A stretch of 64,000 nucleotides of DNA from Gemmatimonadota bacterium (GTDB lineage Bacteria > Gemmatimonadota > Gemmatimonadetes > Palauibacterales > Palauibacteraceae): NCBI GenBank assembly GCA_963666735.1, contig OY762926.1, positions 1,248,001 through 1,312,000 on the forward strand. Direction: 5' to 3'. The notes below the pieces were generated by a model. The model did no database searches. It saw only the letters and a program-made list of their open reading frames with translations, and was not told the origin of the DNA. A program made the position numbers and the translations under genes. This document shows, one piece after another, positions 26,725 to 38,705 of this stretch (the stretch's first letter is position 1; each line of letters opens with the position of its first letter).

Positions 26725-28388
26725 GCGCTCCCGCTTGCCGGCTCCACCGTCTCTCCCGAAGCACCGCGCCGCGTCCCGCCGCGCAGGTTGCGATCCTGCA
26801 GGAAAGACGCGCAGAGAGCCAAAAGCGCTGCCAGCGCGGCAACGGTCCCCACGACATCGCCGAAACGCACGTACACGGTCAGCTCGTCCGTCGTCGACAC
26901 GTCCGCCACGAAGGACGCGGCTTCGAAGAGTTCGGTGCGGTGCGAGACCCGCCCCAGCGGATCCACGATCTTGGAGATGCCCGTGTTCCCGGAGCGCGCC
27001 GCCCCCATTCGCGTCTCGATGGACCGCATGACGAGGTGCGCCGGGTGCTGCCACAGGGCGCTCGAGCGGCTCCACCACGCGTCGCGCCCGAACCAGGAGT
27101 CGTTCGTGAGGTTGACCAGGAAGTCCGCGCCGTTTCGCCGGTAGTGCCGCGCCAGCGGCGAGAAGATCGACTCGTAGCAGATCATCGTCCCGTACGCCGC
27201 GCTGCCATCCTCCGTGGCGATCTCGATCGGGGCCTGCCATTCGCCGACGCCGAAGTTCCCCCCCGCATAGGGGATGGCCTCGAACCACTCGGGAGGCATG
27301 AACGGCACCCGTTCCACGAACGGCACGAGAAAGCGCTTGTCATAGCGGTTGACGACGCCTTCACCGGGTCGGAAGTGGAAGGCGGAGTTGAACGGTTGGT
27401 ACTCCCGGTCCCCGAGATCGTCCGCCCCGCGCCCGCCGATCGCCACCTCGGCGTCGAGCGCCTCGGCGATCCCCTCCGCCCAGACGCGAGCCTCGGGCCA
27501 CCCGGCGTAGGGATAGGAGGGGAGCGGATCCAGGATGCCGGCCCCGAGCATCGTCTCGGGGAAGAGGACGAGGTCCATCCGTTCCCGGCCCGGCCACGCG
27601 GAGATCAGCGTCGCCGTCGAACGGAAGGCGCTGTCGGTCGAGGCGGCGCGATCCGTGTTGCGCAGGTGCTGCGGGACGCTGGGTTGCACGACGCCGACCC
27701 GGGCCGCGGGCCGCACTCCCAGCGTCTGCCAGCGCGCCGCCGAATAGGCGATGGGGAGCGCGAGCACGAGCACGAGTCCGGCCGCCGGCCGCCGCAGCGC
27801 GCGCCAACCCCCGGCCCGGCAGGCGAGGAACCCGGAGGCGACGAGGGCGTTCGCGAGCGCGAGCCAGAAGGAAAGCCCGCGGGATCCCACGAGGTCGGCC
27901 GCGCCCACCAGGATGGGATACGCCGAGAGCGTGTCGCCGAACTGCATCCAGGGGAAGGAGACGTCGAGAAGGTGGGCTCGCAACACCTCCCCGGCGGTCC
28001 AGAAGACGGGGAAGACGACGTAGAGCGGCCACCGGAAGCGGGTCCGCACCAGGTGGATCCCTCCCGCCACCCACGACATGAAGACGGACAGGATGAGGAT
28101 CGGGGCGACGAAGGCGAAAAAGGCGAACCACGTGTAGAAGACGAGGGCCACCAGAAGCCAGTACAGAACGAGCGAGAAATAGACGAGCCCGAAGAGGAAT
28201 CCTCCCCTGCGGGCTTCTCGCCGGCCCTCCGCCGTCGCCGGGAGTCCCTCGAGCCACACGATGAAGGGGACGAGCGCGACGAAGGACGTCACGAGCAAAT
28301 GGAAGGGGGGATGGGCGAGCCCCATCAACACCCCGCCGAGGAGGAGGGGGCCGGCCCGTTCGGGGACGATCCGCGCGCGCCAGTTCAC
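26721..28388 (-). CDS. lnt: Apolipoprotein N-acyltransferase
   Basis: FPE, YDKRFLVPFVE, ICYESIF, NLTNDSWFG, RSGNTGIS. Confidence 0.93.
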   Translation of the reverse strand: MNWRARIVPERAGPLLLGGVLMGLAHPPFHLLVTSFVALVPFIVWLEGLPATAEGRREARRGGFLFGLVYFSLVLYWLLVALVFYTWFAFFAFVAPILILSVFMSWVAGGIHLVRTRFRWPLYVVFPVFWTAGEVLRAHLLDVSFPWMQFGDTLSAYPILVGAADLVGSRGLSFWLALANALVASGFLACRAGGWRALRRPAAGLVLVLALPIAYSAARWQTLGVRPAARVGVVQPSVPQHLRNTDRAASTDSAFRSTATLISAWPGRERMDLVLFPETMLGAGILDPLPSYPYAGWPEARVWAEGIAEALDAEVAIGGRGADDLGDREYQPFNSAFHFRPGEGVVNRYDKRFLVPFVERVPFMPPEWFEAIPYAGGNFGVGEWQAPIEIATEDGSAAYGTMICYESIFSPLARHYRRNGADFLVNLTNDSWFGRDAWWSRSSALWQHPAHLVMRSIETRMGAARSGNTGISKIVDPLGRVSHRTELFEAASFVADVSTTDELTVYVRFGDVVGTVAALAALLALCASFLQDRNLRGGTRRGASGETVEPASGSA

Positions 28389-29710
28389 CCCGCGCCCTCC
28401 GGCGCCGATTCCAGTGCCGCGTCCAACGCCTCGCCCGCGACCCTGACCGTTTCCGCCACGTCCGCGTCGGTGTGCGCGGTGGAGATGAAACCCGCCTCGA
28501 AGGCGGAGGGGGCGAAGAAGACGCCGCGCTCGTAGCACGCCCGGTAGTAGCGGGCGAAGAAATCCGGGTCCGCGCGCCGCGCGCCATCGAAATCGAACAC
28601 GGGACCCTCGGTGAGGAAGACGCCCCACATCGATCCCAGCGCGGCCCCGCAGGCCGGGATGTCTCGCGCGCTCGCGGCGGTCAGAATGCCGTCCACGAGC
28701 GTCGCGGCGCGGCGCTCCAGGCCGGCGAAGGGGTCCGTCCGCTCGAGTTCGTCGAGTTGGGCGATGCCCGCCGCCATGCCGAGCGGGTTCCCCGACAGCG
28801 TCCCGGCCTGGTATACGTCCCCTTCCGGCGCCATCCGCCGCATCAGCTCACCGGGGCCTGCGTATGCCGCGACCGGAAGCCCCGCCCCGAGCACCTTTCC
28901 GAGCGTGACGAGGTCGGCGGCGACCCCGTAGCGCTCCTGTGCGCCGCCCGGCGCGACCCGGAACCCGGTCATGACCTCGTCGAAGATGAGGAGGCTCCCG
29001 GCGCGGTCGCAGCCGTCGCGGAGACCCTCCAGAAAGCCTTCGCGGGGCGGGATGAGGCCCGCGTTCCCCGCCACCGGCTCCACGATGACGGCCGCGAGCC
29101 GGGCACCGTGTTCCGCGAACACGGCAGCCGCCGCCTCGAGGTCGTTGTAGGGCGCCGTCAGCGTCAGGCCGGAGGTCGCCGCCGGCACGCCCGGCGAGTC
29201 GGGGAGGGACAGCGTGGCCACGCCCGATCCGGCCACGACGAGAAAGGCGTCCGCGTGGCCGTGATAGCAGCCCTCGAACTTCAGGATCAGGTCACGGCCC
29301 GTCGCGGCGCGGGCGAGTCGCACGGCGGACATCGTCGCCTCCGTGCCGCTGTTCACGAAGCGCACCATCTCCACGCCCGGCACCCGGGCGGCGACGCGTT
29401 CCGCGAGTTCGACCTCGCGCGCCTGGCAGGCTCCGAAGCTCATGCCGTCCCGGGCCGCGCGCGCCACGGCCTCGACGACGGGCGGGGCCGCGTGGCCGAG
29501 GATGAGCGGACCCCACGAGAGGACGTAGTCGAGATAGCCGCGTCCGGCCTCGTCGAAGATCCTCGCGCCCTCGCCGCGGGCGGCGAACAGCGGCTCCATT
29601 CCGACGGCGCCGAACGCCCTCACGGGCGAACTCACGCCGCCCGGCATCACATCGCGCGCCCGCCGAATCCAGCCGGAGGCGGGGGACGCCCGGCGAGGCC
29701 CGCGGCTCAC
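28385..29710 (-). CDS. hemL: Glutamate-1-semialdehyde 2,1-aminomutase
   Basis: PGGVSSPVRAF, SWGPLILGH, NSGTEATMSA, GCYHGHAD, FDEVMTGFR, YQAGTLSGNP. Confidence 0.95.
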   Translation of the reverse strand: MSRGPRRASPASGWIRRARDVMPGGVSSPVRAFGAVGMEPLFAARGEGARIFDEAGRGYLDYVLSWGPLILGHAAPPVVEAVARAARDGMSFGACQAREVELAERVAARVPGVEMVRFVNSGTEATMSAVRLARAATGRDLILKFEGCYHGHADAFLVVAGSGVATLSLPDSPGVPAATSGLTLTAPYNDLEAAAAVFAEHGARLAAVIVEPVAGNAGLIPPREGFLEGLRDGCDRAGSLLIFDEVMTGFRVAPGGAQERYGVAADLVTLGKVLGAGLPVAAYAGPGELMRRMAPEGDVYQAGTLSGNPLGMAAGIAQLDELERTDPFAGLERRAATLVDGILTAASARDIPACGAALGSMWGVFLTEGPVFDFDGARRADPDFFARYYRACYERGVFFAPSAFEAGFISTAHTDADVAETVRVAGEALDAALESAPEGAG

Positions 29711-31155
29711 CGGCCCCAGGCGCTGTCGAGTCCCAGCACGGGGAGCCCCCGCCCCGGCAGGGCCGGAGATGGCGCCGCCCCTCCACGCTCGGACGCGCGG
29801 CGCACGACTTCCCGGACCCGCCCCGCCAAGTCGAAGTCGGCGGCCCGCTGGATCTCGACCCGCACGAGCGAGCCGGGGGCGAGGCCGTCTCCGCCCACGA
29901 GCACGGTCACGCCGTCCACGTCGTCCGCCTGGCTCTCGATGCGGCCGAGGTGCGCGGCGCCCGGAGGATCCTCGTAGAGGAGTTCGAGCGTGGGCTCGTC
30001 CGAGGCGGCGGGCGCATCCACGACGGCGACGCGCTCGCGGCCAACCTCCGCGGCGAGCCGCTCGCGGCTCACGGCGCGCTGGACCTCGAGCACCTCCTCG
30101 AGACGGTCCCGCGCCAGATCCCCGGGCACGAGGCCCTCCTCCATGGCGGCCGCGCGCGTCCCCTCCTGCGGCGAGAACGCGAACGCTCCGAGCCGGTCGA
30201 ACGGTACCTCGTCCAGGAAATCCACGAGTTCGCGGAACTCCGCGTCCGTTTCGCCGGGGAACCCCACGAGCACGGTGGTCCGCAGCGTGAGGCCGGGGAT
30301 CGTCTCCCGCAGCCGGGCGACCCTCGCGCGCAGCGTCGCGGCCCGCTCCGGCCGGCGCATGCGGCGGAGCACCGTGTCGCTCGCGTGCTGGATGGGCATG
30401 TCGATGTACGAGAGCAGCCGCGTCTCGGACGCCATCAATTCGATGAGCGGATCGCGCAGGCCCGCGGAGTAGATATACAGGAGACGGAACCACGGGATCG
30501 ATGTCTCGCGCAGCAGCGCCTCCACGAGCGTCGCGATGTCCGTCCCGTCCCGCTGTTCCCGGCCCCAGTGCGCCAGATCCTGCGCCACCAGGTTCACTTC
30601 CACGGCACCCTGCGCCTCGAGGCGCTGCGCCTCGGCGACGACACGCTCCAGGTCGAACGAGCGATGCTTGCCCCGCCAGAGCGGGATCGCGCAGAAGGCG
30701 CAGGAGTGGCTGCATCCCTCGCTCACCTTCAGGTAGCGGACGTGGCGCGCCCCGACGGGGATCCGCTCCCCCGGATGCGCGCCAGCGGCCGACGCCGGTC
30801 CCTGGAGGAATCCGCGCTCGCGCAACTCCGGCACGAGGCGGTCGAGGTCCCGCAGTCCGAGCAGGAGGTCGACCTCCGGCAGCGACTCCGCCATTTCCTC
30901 CCGGTACCGCTCCACCATGCACCCGACCGCCACTACGCTGCGGCACGCCCCGTCGCGTTTCAACCGCTCCGCCTCGAGGATGGTCTCGATCGACTCTTCC
31001 TTCGCGGCGTCGATGAACCCGCACGTGTTGACGAGGATGACCTCCGCTTCATCCACATCGGTGCGCTCGGCCCCGTGGCCGATGAGTTCGGCGAGCATGC
31101 GCTCGGAGTCGACGGTGTTCTTGTCGCAGCCGAGGCTGATGAGTCCTAGTCGCAT
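29707..31155 (-). CDS. rimO: Ribosomal protein S12 methylthiotransferase
   Basis: SLGCDKNTVDSE, NTCGFI..AKEES, EGCSHSCAFCAIP, DVDG in the TRAM domain. Confidence 0.93.
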   Translation of the reverse strand: MRLGLISLGCDKNTVDSERMLAELIGHGAERTDVDEAEVILVNTCGFIDAAKEESIETILEAERLKRDGACRSVVAVGCMVERYREEMAESLPEVDLLLGLRDLDRLVPELRERGFLQGPASAAGAHPGERIPVGARHVRYLKVSEGCSHSCAFCAIPLWRGKHRSFDLERVVAEAQRLEAQGAVEVNLVAQDLAHWGREQRDGTDIATLVEALLRETSIPWFRLLYIYSAGLRDPLIELMASETRLLSYIDMPIQHASDTVLRRMRRPERAATLRARVARLRETIPGLTLRTTVLVGFPGETDAEFRELVDFLDEVPFDRLGAFAFSPQEGTRAAAMEEGLVPGDLARDRLEEVLEVQRAVSRERLAAEVGRERVAVVDAPAASDEPTLELLYEDPPGAAHLGRIESQADDVDGVTVLVGGDGLAPGSLVRVEIQRAADFDLAGRVREVVRRASERGGAAPSPALPGRGLPVLGLDSAWGR

Positions 31156-32099
31156 CGCACGTCGCCGGGAAAGACCGGTACCCCTTCCGGGGGCGCGTAC
31201 TCGAAGACGGCGGGGTCGATCCGGGCCTGGGGTTCGAGCGGGGTCAGCGTCACCGTGCGGAGGGTCCGGTTCTCCTCGCGAATCCGAAAGCGACGCACGT
31301 AGCGGTCGGACACGCCGATCCACAGGCGGACCTCCACGTATCTCGCCGGGAGTTCTCGCGGCTCGAGCGACACGATGCGCGTCTCCACGCCATCGATCTC
31401 CTCGGTGCCCTCATCGGCCGCGCGGTAGGTCGTCCGCGCCTGCGAAAGCAGATGCCCGAGGATGTCGACTGAGCCGATTTCCACACCCTCCTCGAGGGGA
31501 GAGACCATGACCTGATCGTGGAGTGAGGGCTCGTAGAGCCAGAGACAGGACCCGTCGGCCACGTAGATGTCGCCGGCCGGTTCGTCGAAGTCCATCCGGA
31601 ACCGGTTCCGTCCGGCCTGATACCAGGTTCCCCGGCCCTCGCGCGTGCGCCCAAGGAGAGGATTCTCGATGCGCTGGGAGAAGGCCGCCTTGAGCCGGTC
31701 GAGCGAGGCGTAGGCCGAATTCGCAAGGGCGAGGAGCGAGTCCACGTCCACCGGCCCGGGATCTTCGTCCGGCGGCCCGGGCCCGTCCGGATCGGAGGCT
31801 TCCGGGGCCGGAGTCGTGTCTTCTTCGGCCGGCGCCGCGCCCCCCGCCTGGTCCGACCCCTCGACCGGGTTCGGCTCCTCGACCTGGACCTCGCCCCGCC
31901 CGACCGCCTCGGCCTCCGCCGCCGCCGGTCGTGCCGGGTCGCCGCGCGGGCCGAACTCCGCCTCGATCCGGGCGCGCGCCTCCGCGACCTCCGCGGAATC
32001 CGCATCCGAGCACGCCAGCGAGAACGCACCCGCGAGGGATCCGGCCGCGAGCAGGCCGATGCCCCCCGAACGAGACGGTTGCGGACGGAAGAGCCTCAT
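31146..32099 (-). CDS. lolA: Outer-membrane lipoprotein carrier LolA-like protein with N-terminal extension
   Basis: A.FSQ, RFRMDF.EP.GD.YVADG..LWLY, F.Y.PPEGV; follows ftsK. Confidence 0.8.
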   Translation of the reverse strand: MRLFRPQPSRSGGIGLLAAGSLAGAFSLACSDADSAEVAEARARIEAEFGPRGDPARPAAAEAEAVGRGEVQVEEPNPVEGSDQAGGAAPAEEDTTPAPEASDPDGPGPPDEDPGPVDVDSLLALANSAYASLDRLKAAFSQRIENPLLGRTREGRGTWYQAGRNRFRMDFDEPAGDIYVADGSCLWLYEPSLHDQVMVSPLEEGVEIGSVDILGHLLSQARTTYRAADEGTEEIDGVETRIVSLEPRELPARYVEVRLWIGVSDRYVRRFRIREENRTLRTVTLTPLEPQARIDPAVFEYAPPEGVPVFPGDVRCD

Positions 32100-34390
32100 G
32101 GTTCGTCGACGTCCCCGCCGTCCAGGTCCGCAAGCGTCGCGAGCACCTCCCGCGGCTTGGATCCCTCCGCGGGTCCCACGATCCCCGCCGCGTGCAACTG
32201 GTCGATGATCCGCGCCGCGCGCCCGTACCCGATCTTGAGCCGACGCTGAAGCAGGCTTGTCGAACCCGCGGCGTGCGAGATCACGATCTCGGCGGCCTGC
32301 CGGAACAGTTGGTCGCGATCCTCGGCGCCCTCGTCCGAGACCCCCGGCCCTCCCTCTTCCTCCTCCAGCTCCTTCAGCAGATCGAGGATGTCGCGCTCCG
32401 AAGCGGCTTCTTCCTCGGCCCTTTCGGCTTCGGCACGCGCCTTCGCCTGCTCCCGATACCAGTCGAGGAGGCGTTCCGTCTCCTCGGAGGAGATGTAGGC
32501 GCCCTGGATGCGAACGGGATCGGACTCGCCGGGCGGCAGGAAGAGCATGTCCCCGTTCCCGAGCAGGCTCTCCGCGCCGTTCTGGTCGAGAATCGTGCGG
32601 CTGTCGATCTTCGACGCGACCCGGAACGCGATTCGGCTCGGGATGTTCGCCTTGATGAGGCCGGTGAGGACGTTGACCGAGGGCCGCTGCGTGGCGAGCA
32701 CGAGATGGATCCCGACCGCCCTGGCCTTCTGGGCCAGCATCGCGAGCGGCGTCTCGACCTCGGACTGTACCGTCATCATGAGATCGGCCAGTTCGTCGAT
32801 GATGAGGACGATGTACGGGAGCGGACCCTCATCGTAGAGCGCCGGCTCATCCATGACGCCGCGCTTCGGGAGGAAGACCTCGCGCCCGCCCGTGATTCGT
32901 CCGTTGAACTCCGCGATGTTCCGGCACCCGTTCGCCGAGAGCAGTCCGAAACGGCGCTTCATCTCGTAGACCGCCCACTTCAGGACGGATGCGGCCTCTT
33001 CGTTGTCCGTGATGACCGGGTGGCGGAGGTGCGGGAGATCTCCGTAGACGGACAACTCCACCATCTTCGGATCCACCATCAGGAGACGGAGTTCGGCCGG
33101 CGTGTACCGGCCCACGAGGCTCGTGATGAGGGCATTGATGCACACCGACTTCCCGGACCCGGTCTGGCCGGCGATCAGGAGGTGCGGCATCCGGGTCAGA
33201 TCCGCGCACGTCGGCTTGCCGGAGAGGTCGCGGCCGAGTGCGAGCGGGAGCGTCTGGCGCCCCCGGCGATACGACGGGCTCTCCAGTATTTCGCGCACGA
33301 GCACCATCTCCGACGCCGGGTTGGGCACCTCGACGCCGACGGCGCCCTTGCCGGGGATCGGCGCCACGATCCGGACGGACGGCGCCTTGAGTGCCAGCGC
33401 AATGTCGTCCGCGCGGGCGGAGATCTGTCCCACCTTCACGCCGGGCGCCGGGACGACTTCGAACTGCGTCACGACGGGGCCCGTGGTCCAGCCGCCGATC
33501 TCGCCGGCCACGCGGAAGGTGGCGAGCTTCTCGATGAGGACCTCGCCGAGCCGGTCGAGATCGCGCACGCCGAGGCCGCTGCCCTGCCCCGACGGCGCGT
33601 CGAACAGGTGAACCGGCGGGACATCCGGGGATCCGGGATCGCCGGTTTCCTCCAGTTCGGGAACGGGAGGCGCCTCGTCCTCCGGCTCCGCGCCCGGGGA
33701 GTCGAGCGGCACACTCTTCGGTTCCGCAGGCTTTCGCCTTCTTTCGGCGGAGCCCCGCCTGGTCGCCGCCCTCACCTTCGCTTCGCTCGGCGGATCGGGC
33801 TTTGCGGGCGGCCGCGGCGGACGGGACCTCCGCCCGGCGCCGGCGAAGGAGCGACCGAGCCCGAGGACCGCGCCGGCGGCGGCCGCGACGCCGCGACCGA
33901 GCGAGCGGCCCCCTGCCGTCACGGCGCTGGTCAAGGACCAACTCATGGTGACGAACAGCGTGAGCACGAGGACGCCCGCGGCGAGGAGCACGCCGCCGAG
34001 ACGGCCGAACACCTGTGCGAGGCCGGCCCCCGCCGTCGCGCCCAGCCAACCGATATCGCCCGCGCCCTCCGGTCCCGGGCCCGCGAGGAGCCAGTACAGC
34101 GACGGGAGGACCGCGAGCAGCACCACCGAGAGGATGGACCAGCGGAGGGCCAGGGTCGGAGCGCCCCATCCGAAGAAATGCAGGCCCCAAAGGAACGCCG
34201 GGATCGCGAGGAGCGGCGAAAGGACGCCGACGGCCCTCCCGAGGTTGTCGTGAAGCAGTGCCCCGGCCGGCCCGATCCAGTTGCCCCCCCCGGCGAATAA
34301 CGGAGACAGCAGCGCGAACGCCACCAGGAGGCCGAGCAGGATCAGCGCAACGCCCAGCACCTCGCGCCGTTGCCGTTCATCCACCATCAC
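32096..34390 (-). CDS. ftsK: DNA translocase FtsK
   Basis: N-terminal TM helices; MPHLLIAGQTGSGKSV, DELADLM, ATQRPSV; gamma domain LQRRLKIGYGRAAR. Confidence 0.96.
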   Translation of the reverse strand: MMVDERQRREVLGVALILLGLLVAFALLSPLFAGGGNWIGPAGALLHDNLGRAVGVLSPLLAIPAFLWGLHFFGWGAPTLALRWSILSVVLLAVLPSLYWLLAGPGPEGAGDIGWLGATAGAGLAQVFGRLGGVLLAAGVLVLTLFVTMSWSLTSAVTAGGRSLGRGVAAAAGAVLGLGRSFAGAGRRSRPPRPPAKPDPPSEAKVRAATRRGSAERRRKPAEPKSVPLDSPGAEPEDEAPPVPELEETGDPGSPDVPPVHLFDAPSGQGSGLGVRDLDRLGEVLIEKLATFRVAGEIGGWTTGPVVTQFEVVPAPGVKVGQISARADDIALALKAPSVRIVAPIPGKGAVGVEVPNPASEMVLVREILESPSYRRGRQTLPLALGRDLSGKPTCADLTRMPHLLIAGQTGSGKSVCINALITSLVGRYTPAELRLLMVDPKMVELSVYGDLPHLRHPVITDNEEAASVLKWAVYEMKRRFGLLSANGCRNIAEFNGRITGGREVFLPKRGVMDEPALYDEGPLPYIVLIIDELADLMMTVQSEVETPLAMLAQKARAVGIHLVLATQRPSVNVLTGLIKANIPSRIAFRVASKIDSRTILDQNGAESLLGNGDMLFLPPGESDPVRIQGAYISSEETERLLDWYREQAKARAEAERAEEEAASERDILDLLKELEEEEGGPGVSDEGAEDRDQLFRQAAEIVISHAAGSTSLLQRRLKIGYGRAARIIDQLHAAGIVGPAEGSKPREVLATLADLDGGDVDEP

Positions 34391-34704
34391 GCATCCTCCC
34401 CGCCCCGACTGCCAACGAGAGCGCCGCCCCGCCAGACCGGCACGACCTCGAGATCATCCAGCCTCGCGCAAGCCGCCAGATCCGCGGACCGGCCGATCGC
34501 GCGCAACGCCCGGCCTGCCGCGGTGCCGGCGAGACCGGTCACCGTCGGCGGTTCCAGTCGGGCGGAGAGGGCCTGCGCGGCCCGTGCGCCATCGGTCGGT
34601 TCGGCCTCCGCGACCGTCTGGACCAGCCGCCCTACAAGATGGCCCGCGCACCACGCGTCGTCCATGCTCACGCGGCCTCGCCGCCCGGCGCACACGATCG
34701 CCGC
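34387..34704 (-). pseudogene. comB: C-terminal fragment of a 2-phosphosulfolactate phosphatase (ComB family)
   Basis: IVCAG..G.VSMDDAWCAG, GRALRAIG..ADL..CARLD...VVP; only about 105 codons, starting right at the accC stop. Confidence 0.65.
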
Positions 34705-36048
<1,344 letters not shown>

Positions 36049-36064
36049 GCGCCCGGCCGCGGCT

Positions 36065-36547
36065 TCAGTCTGGCTCGATGCGGAAGAGCAGCGCGCCGTA
36101 CTCCACCGGCTCGGCGTTGCCGACCGCGATCTCCCTCACGACGCCGGCGACATCCGACTGAAGCTCGTTCATGAGCTTCATCGCTTCGAGGATGCAGAGC
36201 GTCTGGCCGGCCTCCACCCGGTCTCCCACGGATACGAAGGGGTCGGCGTCGGCGGCGGGCGCGCGGTAGAAGGTGCCGACCATGGGCGAGAGCACCTCGA
36301 ACAGCCCCGACGCGGGCGCCGTCTCGGCCGGTGGGGAGGCGGCGGCGGCCGGAGCCTGCGCGACCTCCACGCCGCCGGCCGCCGCGGGTACCGCCGCCGC
36401 AGGCACGGCCGCCGCCAGGCGCGGGGACTTTCGGATCCTGACGCGGGTCGGGTCTCCCGTGTCCGAGCCGACAAGCTCGATGTCGAGGCCATCCACGCCG
36501 GAGTCCTCGACCAACTCGATGAGTCCCTTCAGCCAATCCAGGTCCAT
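36065..36547 (-). CDS. accB: Biotin carboxyl carrier protein
   Basis: [18 protein letters not shown]. Confidence 0.96.
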   Translation of the reverse strand: MDLDWLKGLIELVEDSGVDGLDIELVGSDTGDPTRVRIRKSPRLAAAVPAAAVPAAAGGVEVAQAPAAAASPPAETAPASGLFEVLSPMVGTFYRAPAADADPFVSVGDRVEAGQTLCILEAMKLMNELQSDVAGVVREIAVGNAEPVEYGALLFRIEPD

Positions 36548-36549
36548 GG

Positions 36550-37113
36550 TCAGGTCACCCGCGTGATGTACTTGTTTTCCGTCCTGTCGACGCGCACGAC
36601 ATCGCCGGTCTCGAGGAAGAGCGGCACCTGGATCACGGCGCCGGCCGCCAGCCGGGCCGGCTTCGTTCCGCCCTGGGCCGTGTCCCCCCGCACTCCGGGG
36701 TCCGTCTCGACAATCTCCAACTCGACGAACTGCGGCAGTTCGACCGCGAGCACGACGCCGTCGCGGGTGAGGCTCTGGCATTCCATGTTCTCCTCCAGAT
36801 ACTGGAGCTGGTCCTCCCCGATCTGATCTCCCGACATCGGAATCTGCTCGAAGGTTTCCATGTTCATGAAGTAGTACAGCTGGCCGTCCGTGTAGCTGTA
36901 CTGCACGGGCCGCCGTTCCAGGCGCACCTCCCTGACCTTCTCTCCGGCCCGGAAGGTCTTGTCGATCACTCCTCCCTCCATCACGTCCTTGAGCTTCGTG
37001 CGGACGAAGGCCCCGCCCTTGCCCGGCTTGACGTGCTGGAAATAGGTGATCGAGTAGAGGGTGCCCTTGAGTTCGATCACCATCCCTCGACGAAAATCCG
37101 AAGTATCTGCCAT
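36550..37113 (-). CDS. efp: Elongation factor P
   Basis: [24 protein letters not shown]. Confidence 0.97.
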   Translation of the reverse strand: MADTSDFRRGMVIELKGTLYSITYFQHVKPGKGGAFVRTKLKDVMEGGVIDKTFRAGEKVREVRLERRPVQYSYTDGQLYYFMNMETFEQIPMSGDQIGEDQLQYLEENMECQSLTRDGVVLAVELPQFVELEIVETDPGVRGDTAQGGTKPARLAAGAVIQVPLFLETGDVVRVDRTENKYITRVT

Positions 37114-37122
37114 GGTATCCCG

Positions 37123-38208
37123 CTAGAGCCGGACAAGGGCGCGTGGAAGGCGGGTCAGCGTGCGGACACCGGCCTCCCCGATCCGCACATCGTCCTCGAT
37201 GCGCACGCCGCCGCGGCCGGGAAGATACAAGCCCGGTTCCACCGTCACCACGTTTCCCGCCTCCAGGACGTCGTCGGAGCGGGACGAAAGGCTGGGGCCC
37301 TCGTGCACGTCGAGTCCGATCCCGTGCCCCGTGCCGTGGCCGAAGAAGCCGTCCATCTCATGGTGCGCGAACGTCGCTCGCACGGCCAGGTCCACAATCC
37401 GGCAGGCGACCCCGGCGCCCACGGTTTCGAGCGCTTTCGCCTGAGCCTCGAGTACCTGCTCGTGGAGGGTCGTCTGCCAGGGTTCGGGCGTCCCCCGCAC
37501 GAAGGTGCGCGTGAGGTCGCTGCAGTAGCCGTCGACGCGGGCGCCGAAGTCGATGAGGAGGAGATCGCCGGGCTCGACGCGCCGGTCCGTGGGTGTCGCG
37601 TGGGGAAGCGCGGAGCGTTCTCCCGCCGCGACGATGGGGTCGAACGGGAGCGGCTCCGAGCCCCCGCGGCGGAGTTCCATCTCGAGCGCGGCCGCGATCT
37701 CGCGTTCGCTCGGAGCGGCGGACCACTCCATCGTCGACAACAACCGCTTGAACGCACCTTCCGCCACCGCGACCGCCCGTTCGATGGCATCCACTTCTTC
37801 GCGGCTCTTCACCTGCCGCAACGTCCGGATGAGATCGCGGAGCGGGACGAAGGCGATATCGGGGAGCGCCTCGCGGAGAGACTCGTGGTCGGCCACCGTC
37901 AGGCCCTCGGCCTCGAATGCGATGGGCCCCGCCGCGTCCGCCGCCACGCCGGCGACGCCGCGGATCCACCCATCGCGGCTGATATGGATGCGGATCGGAT
38001 CCGTCACTTCGACGCCCACCTGCTCCTCGTACCGAAAGTCCGTGACGAGCACCGGCGGACCTTCAAGGGGGATCCACAGAACCCCGGCGGAACCCGTGAA
38101 CCCGCTCAGGTAGCGGACGCTGGATCGGGCGGTTACCAGGACCGGCCGGCGGCCGGCGGCCTTCGTGGTCGCTTCGAGCCGAAGGCGCCGCGCGTCCGGC
38201 GGCGTCAC
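37123..38208 (-). CDS. Xaa-Pro aminopeptidase (M24 family)
   Basis: [47 protein letters not shown]. Confidence 0.92.
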   Translation of the reverse strand: MTPPDARRLRLEATTKAAGRRPVLVTARSSVRYLSGFTGSAGVLWIPLEGPPVLVTDFRYEEQVGVEVTDPIRIHISRDGWIRGVAGVAADAAGPIAFEAEGLTVADHESLREALPDIAFVPLRDLIRTLRQVKSREEVDAIERAVAVAEGAFKRLLSTMEWSAAPSEREIAAALEMELRRGGSEPLPFDPIVAAGERSALPHATPTDRRVEPGDLLLIDFGARVDGYCSDLTRTFVRGTPEPWQTTLHEQVLEAQAKALETVGAGVACRIVDLAVRATFAHHEMDGFFGHGTGHGIGLDVHEGPSLSSRSDDVLEAGNVVTVEPGLYLPGRGGVRIEDDVRIGEAGVRTLTRLPRALVRL

Positions 38209-38705
38209 TCCGCTCCCGCCCCGGCGCTCCCGCGAAGATGCCGGATGAGCGCCTCGAGACCGAACAGGTAGCTCGAGGCCCGGAATCCGGCGATGACGCC
38301 GATCGCGAGGTCGGAGAGGAGCGAGGTGTGCCGGAACGGCTCGCGAGCGAACACATTGGAGAGGTGGACCTCGACGAAGGGACGGCCGGAGCCGTCGAGG
38401 GCGTCGCGGAGCGCCACGCTCGTGTGGGTCAGGGCGGCGGCGTTGACGAGCCACGCATCCACCGCGCCGGTGTTCGCCTGCACCCAGTCCACGATCTCGC
38501 CTTCGTCGTTGGACTGGAAGAACGTGAGCGAAACGCCGTCCGCGCCCGCGCGCTCGCGCAGCAGCGACTCGATCTCGGCGAGCGTCCGGGTGCCGTAATG
38601 GTGGGGTTCGCGGCTCCCGAGGAGATTGAGGTTCGGTCCGTTCAGGACGCCGATGCGGGCCGGCTCGCCCACCCGCTCAGTCCGGTCTCGCGGGAGCTTC
38701 GCCAT
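38205..38705 (-). CDS. aroQ: Type II 3-dehydroquinate dehydratase
   Basis: LNGPNLNLLG.REP..YG, THTSVALRDAL, EVHLSN..REPFRH.S. Confidence 0.96.
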   Translation of the reverse strand: MAKLPRDRTERVGEPARIGVLNGPNLNLLGSREPHHYGTRTLAEIESLLRERAGADGVSLTFFQSNDEGEIVDWVQANTGAVDAWLVNAAALTHTSVALRDALDGSGRPFVEVHLSNVFAREPFRHTSLLSDLAIGVIAGFRASSYLFGLEALIRHLRGSAGAGAE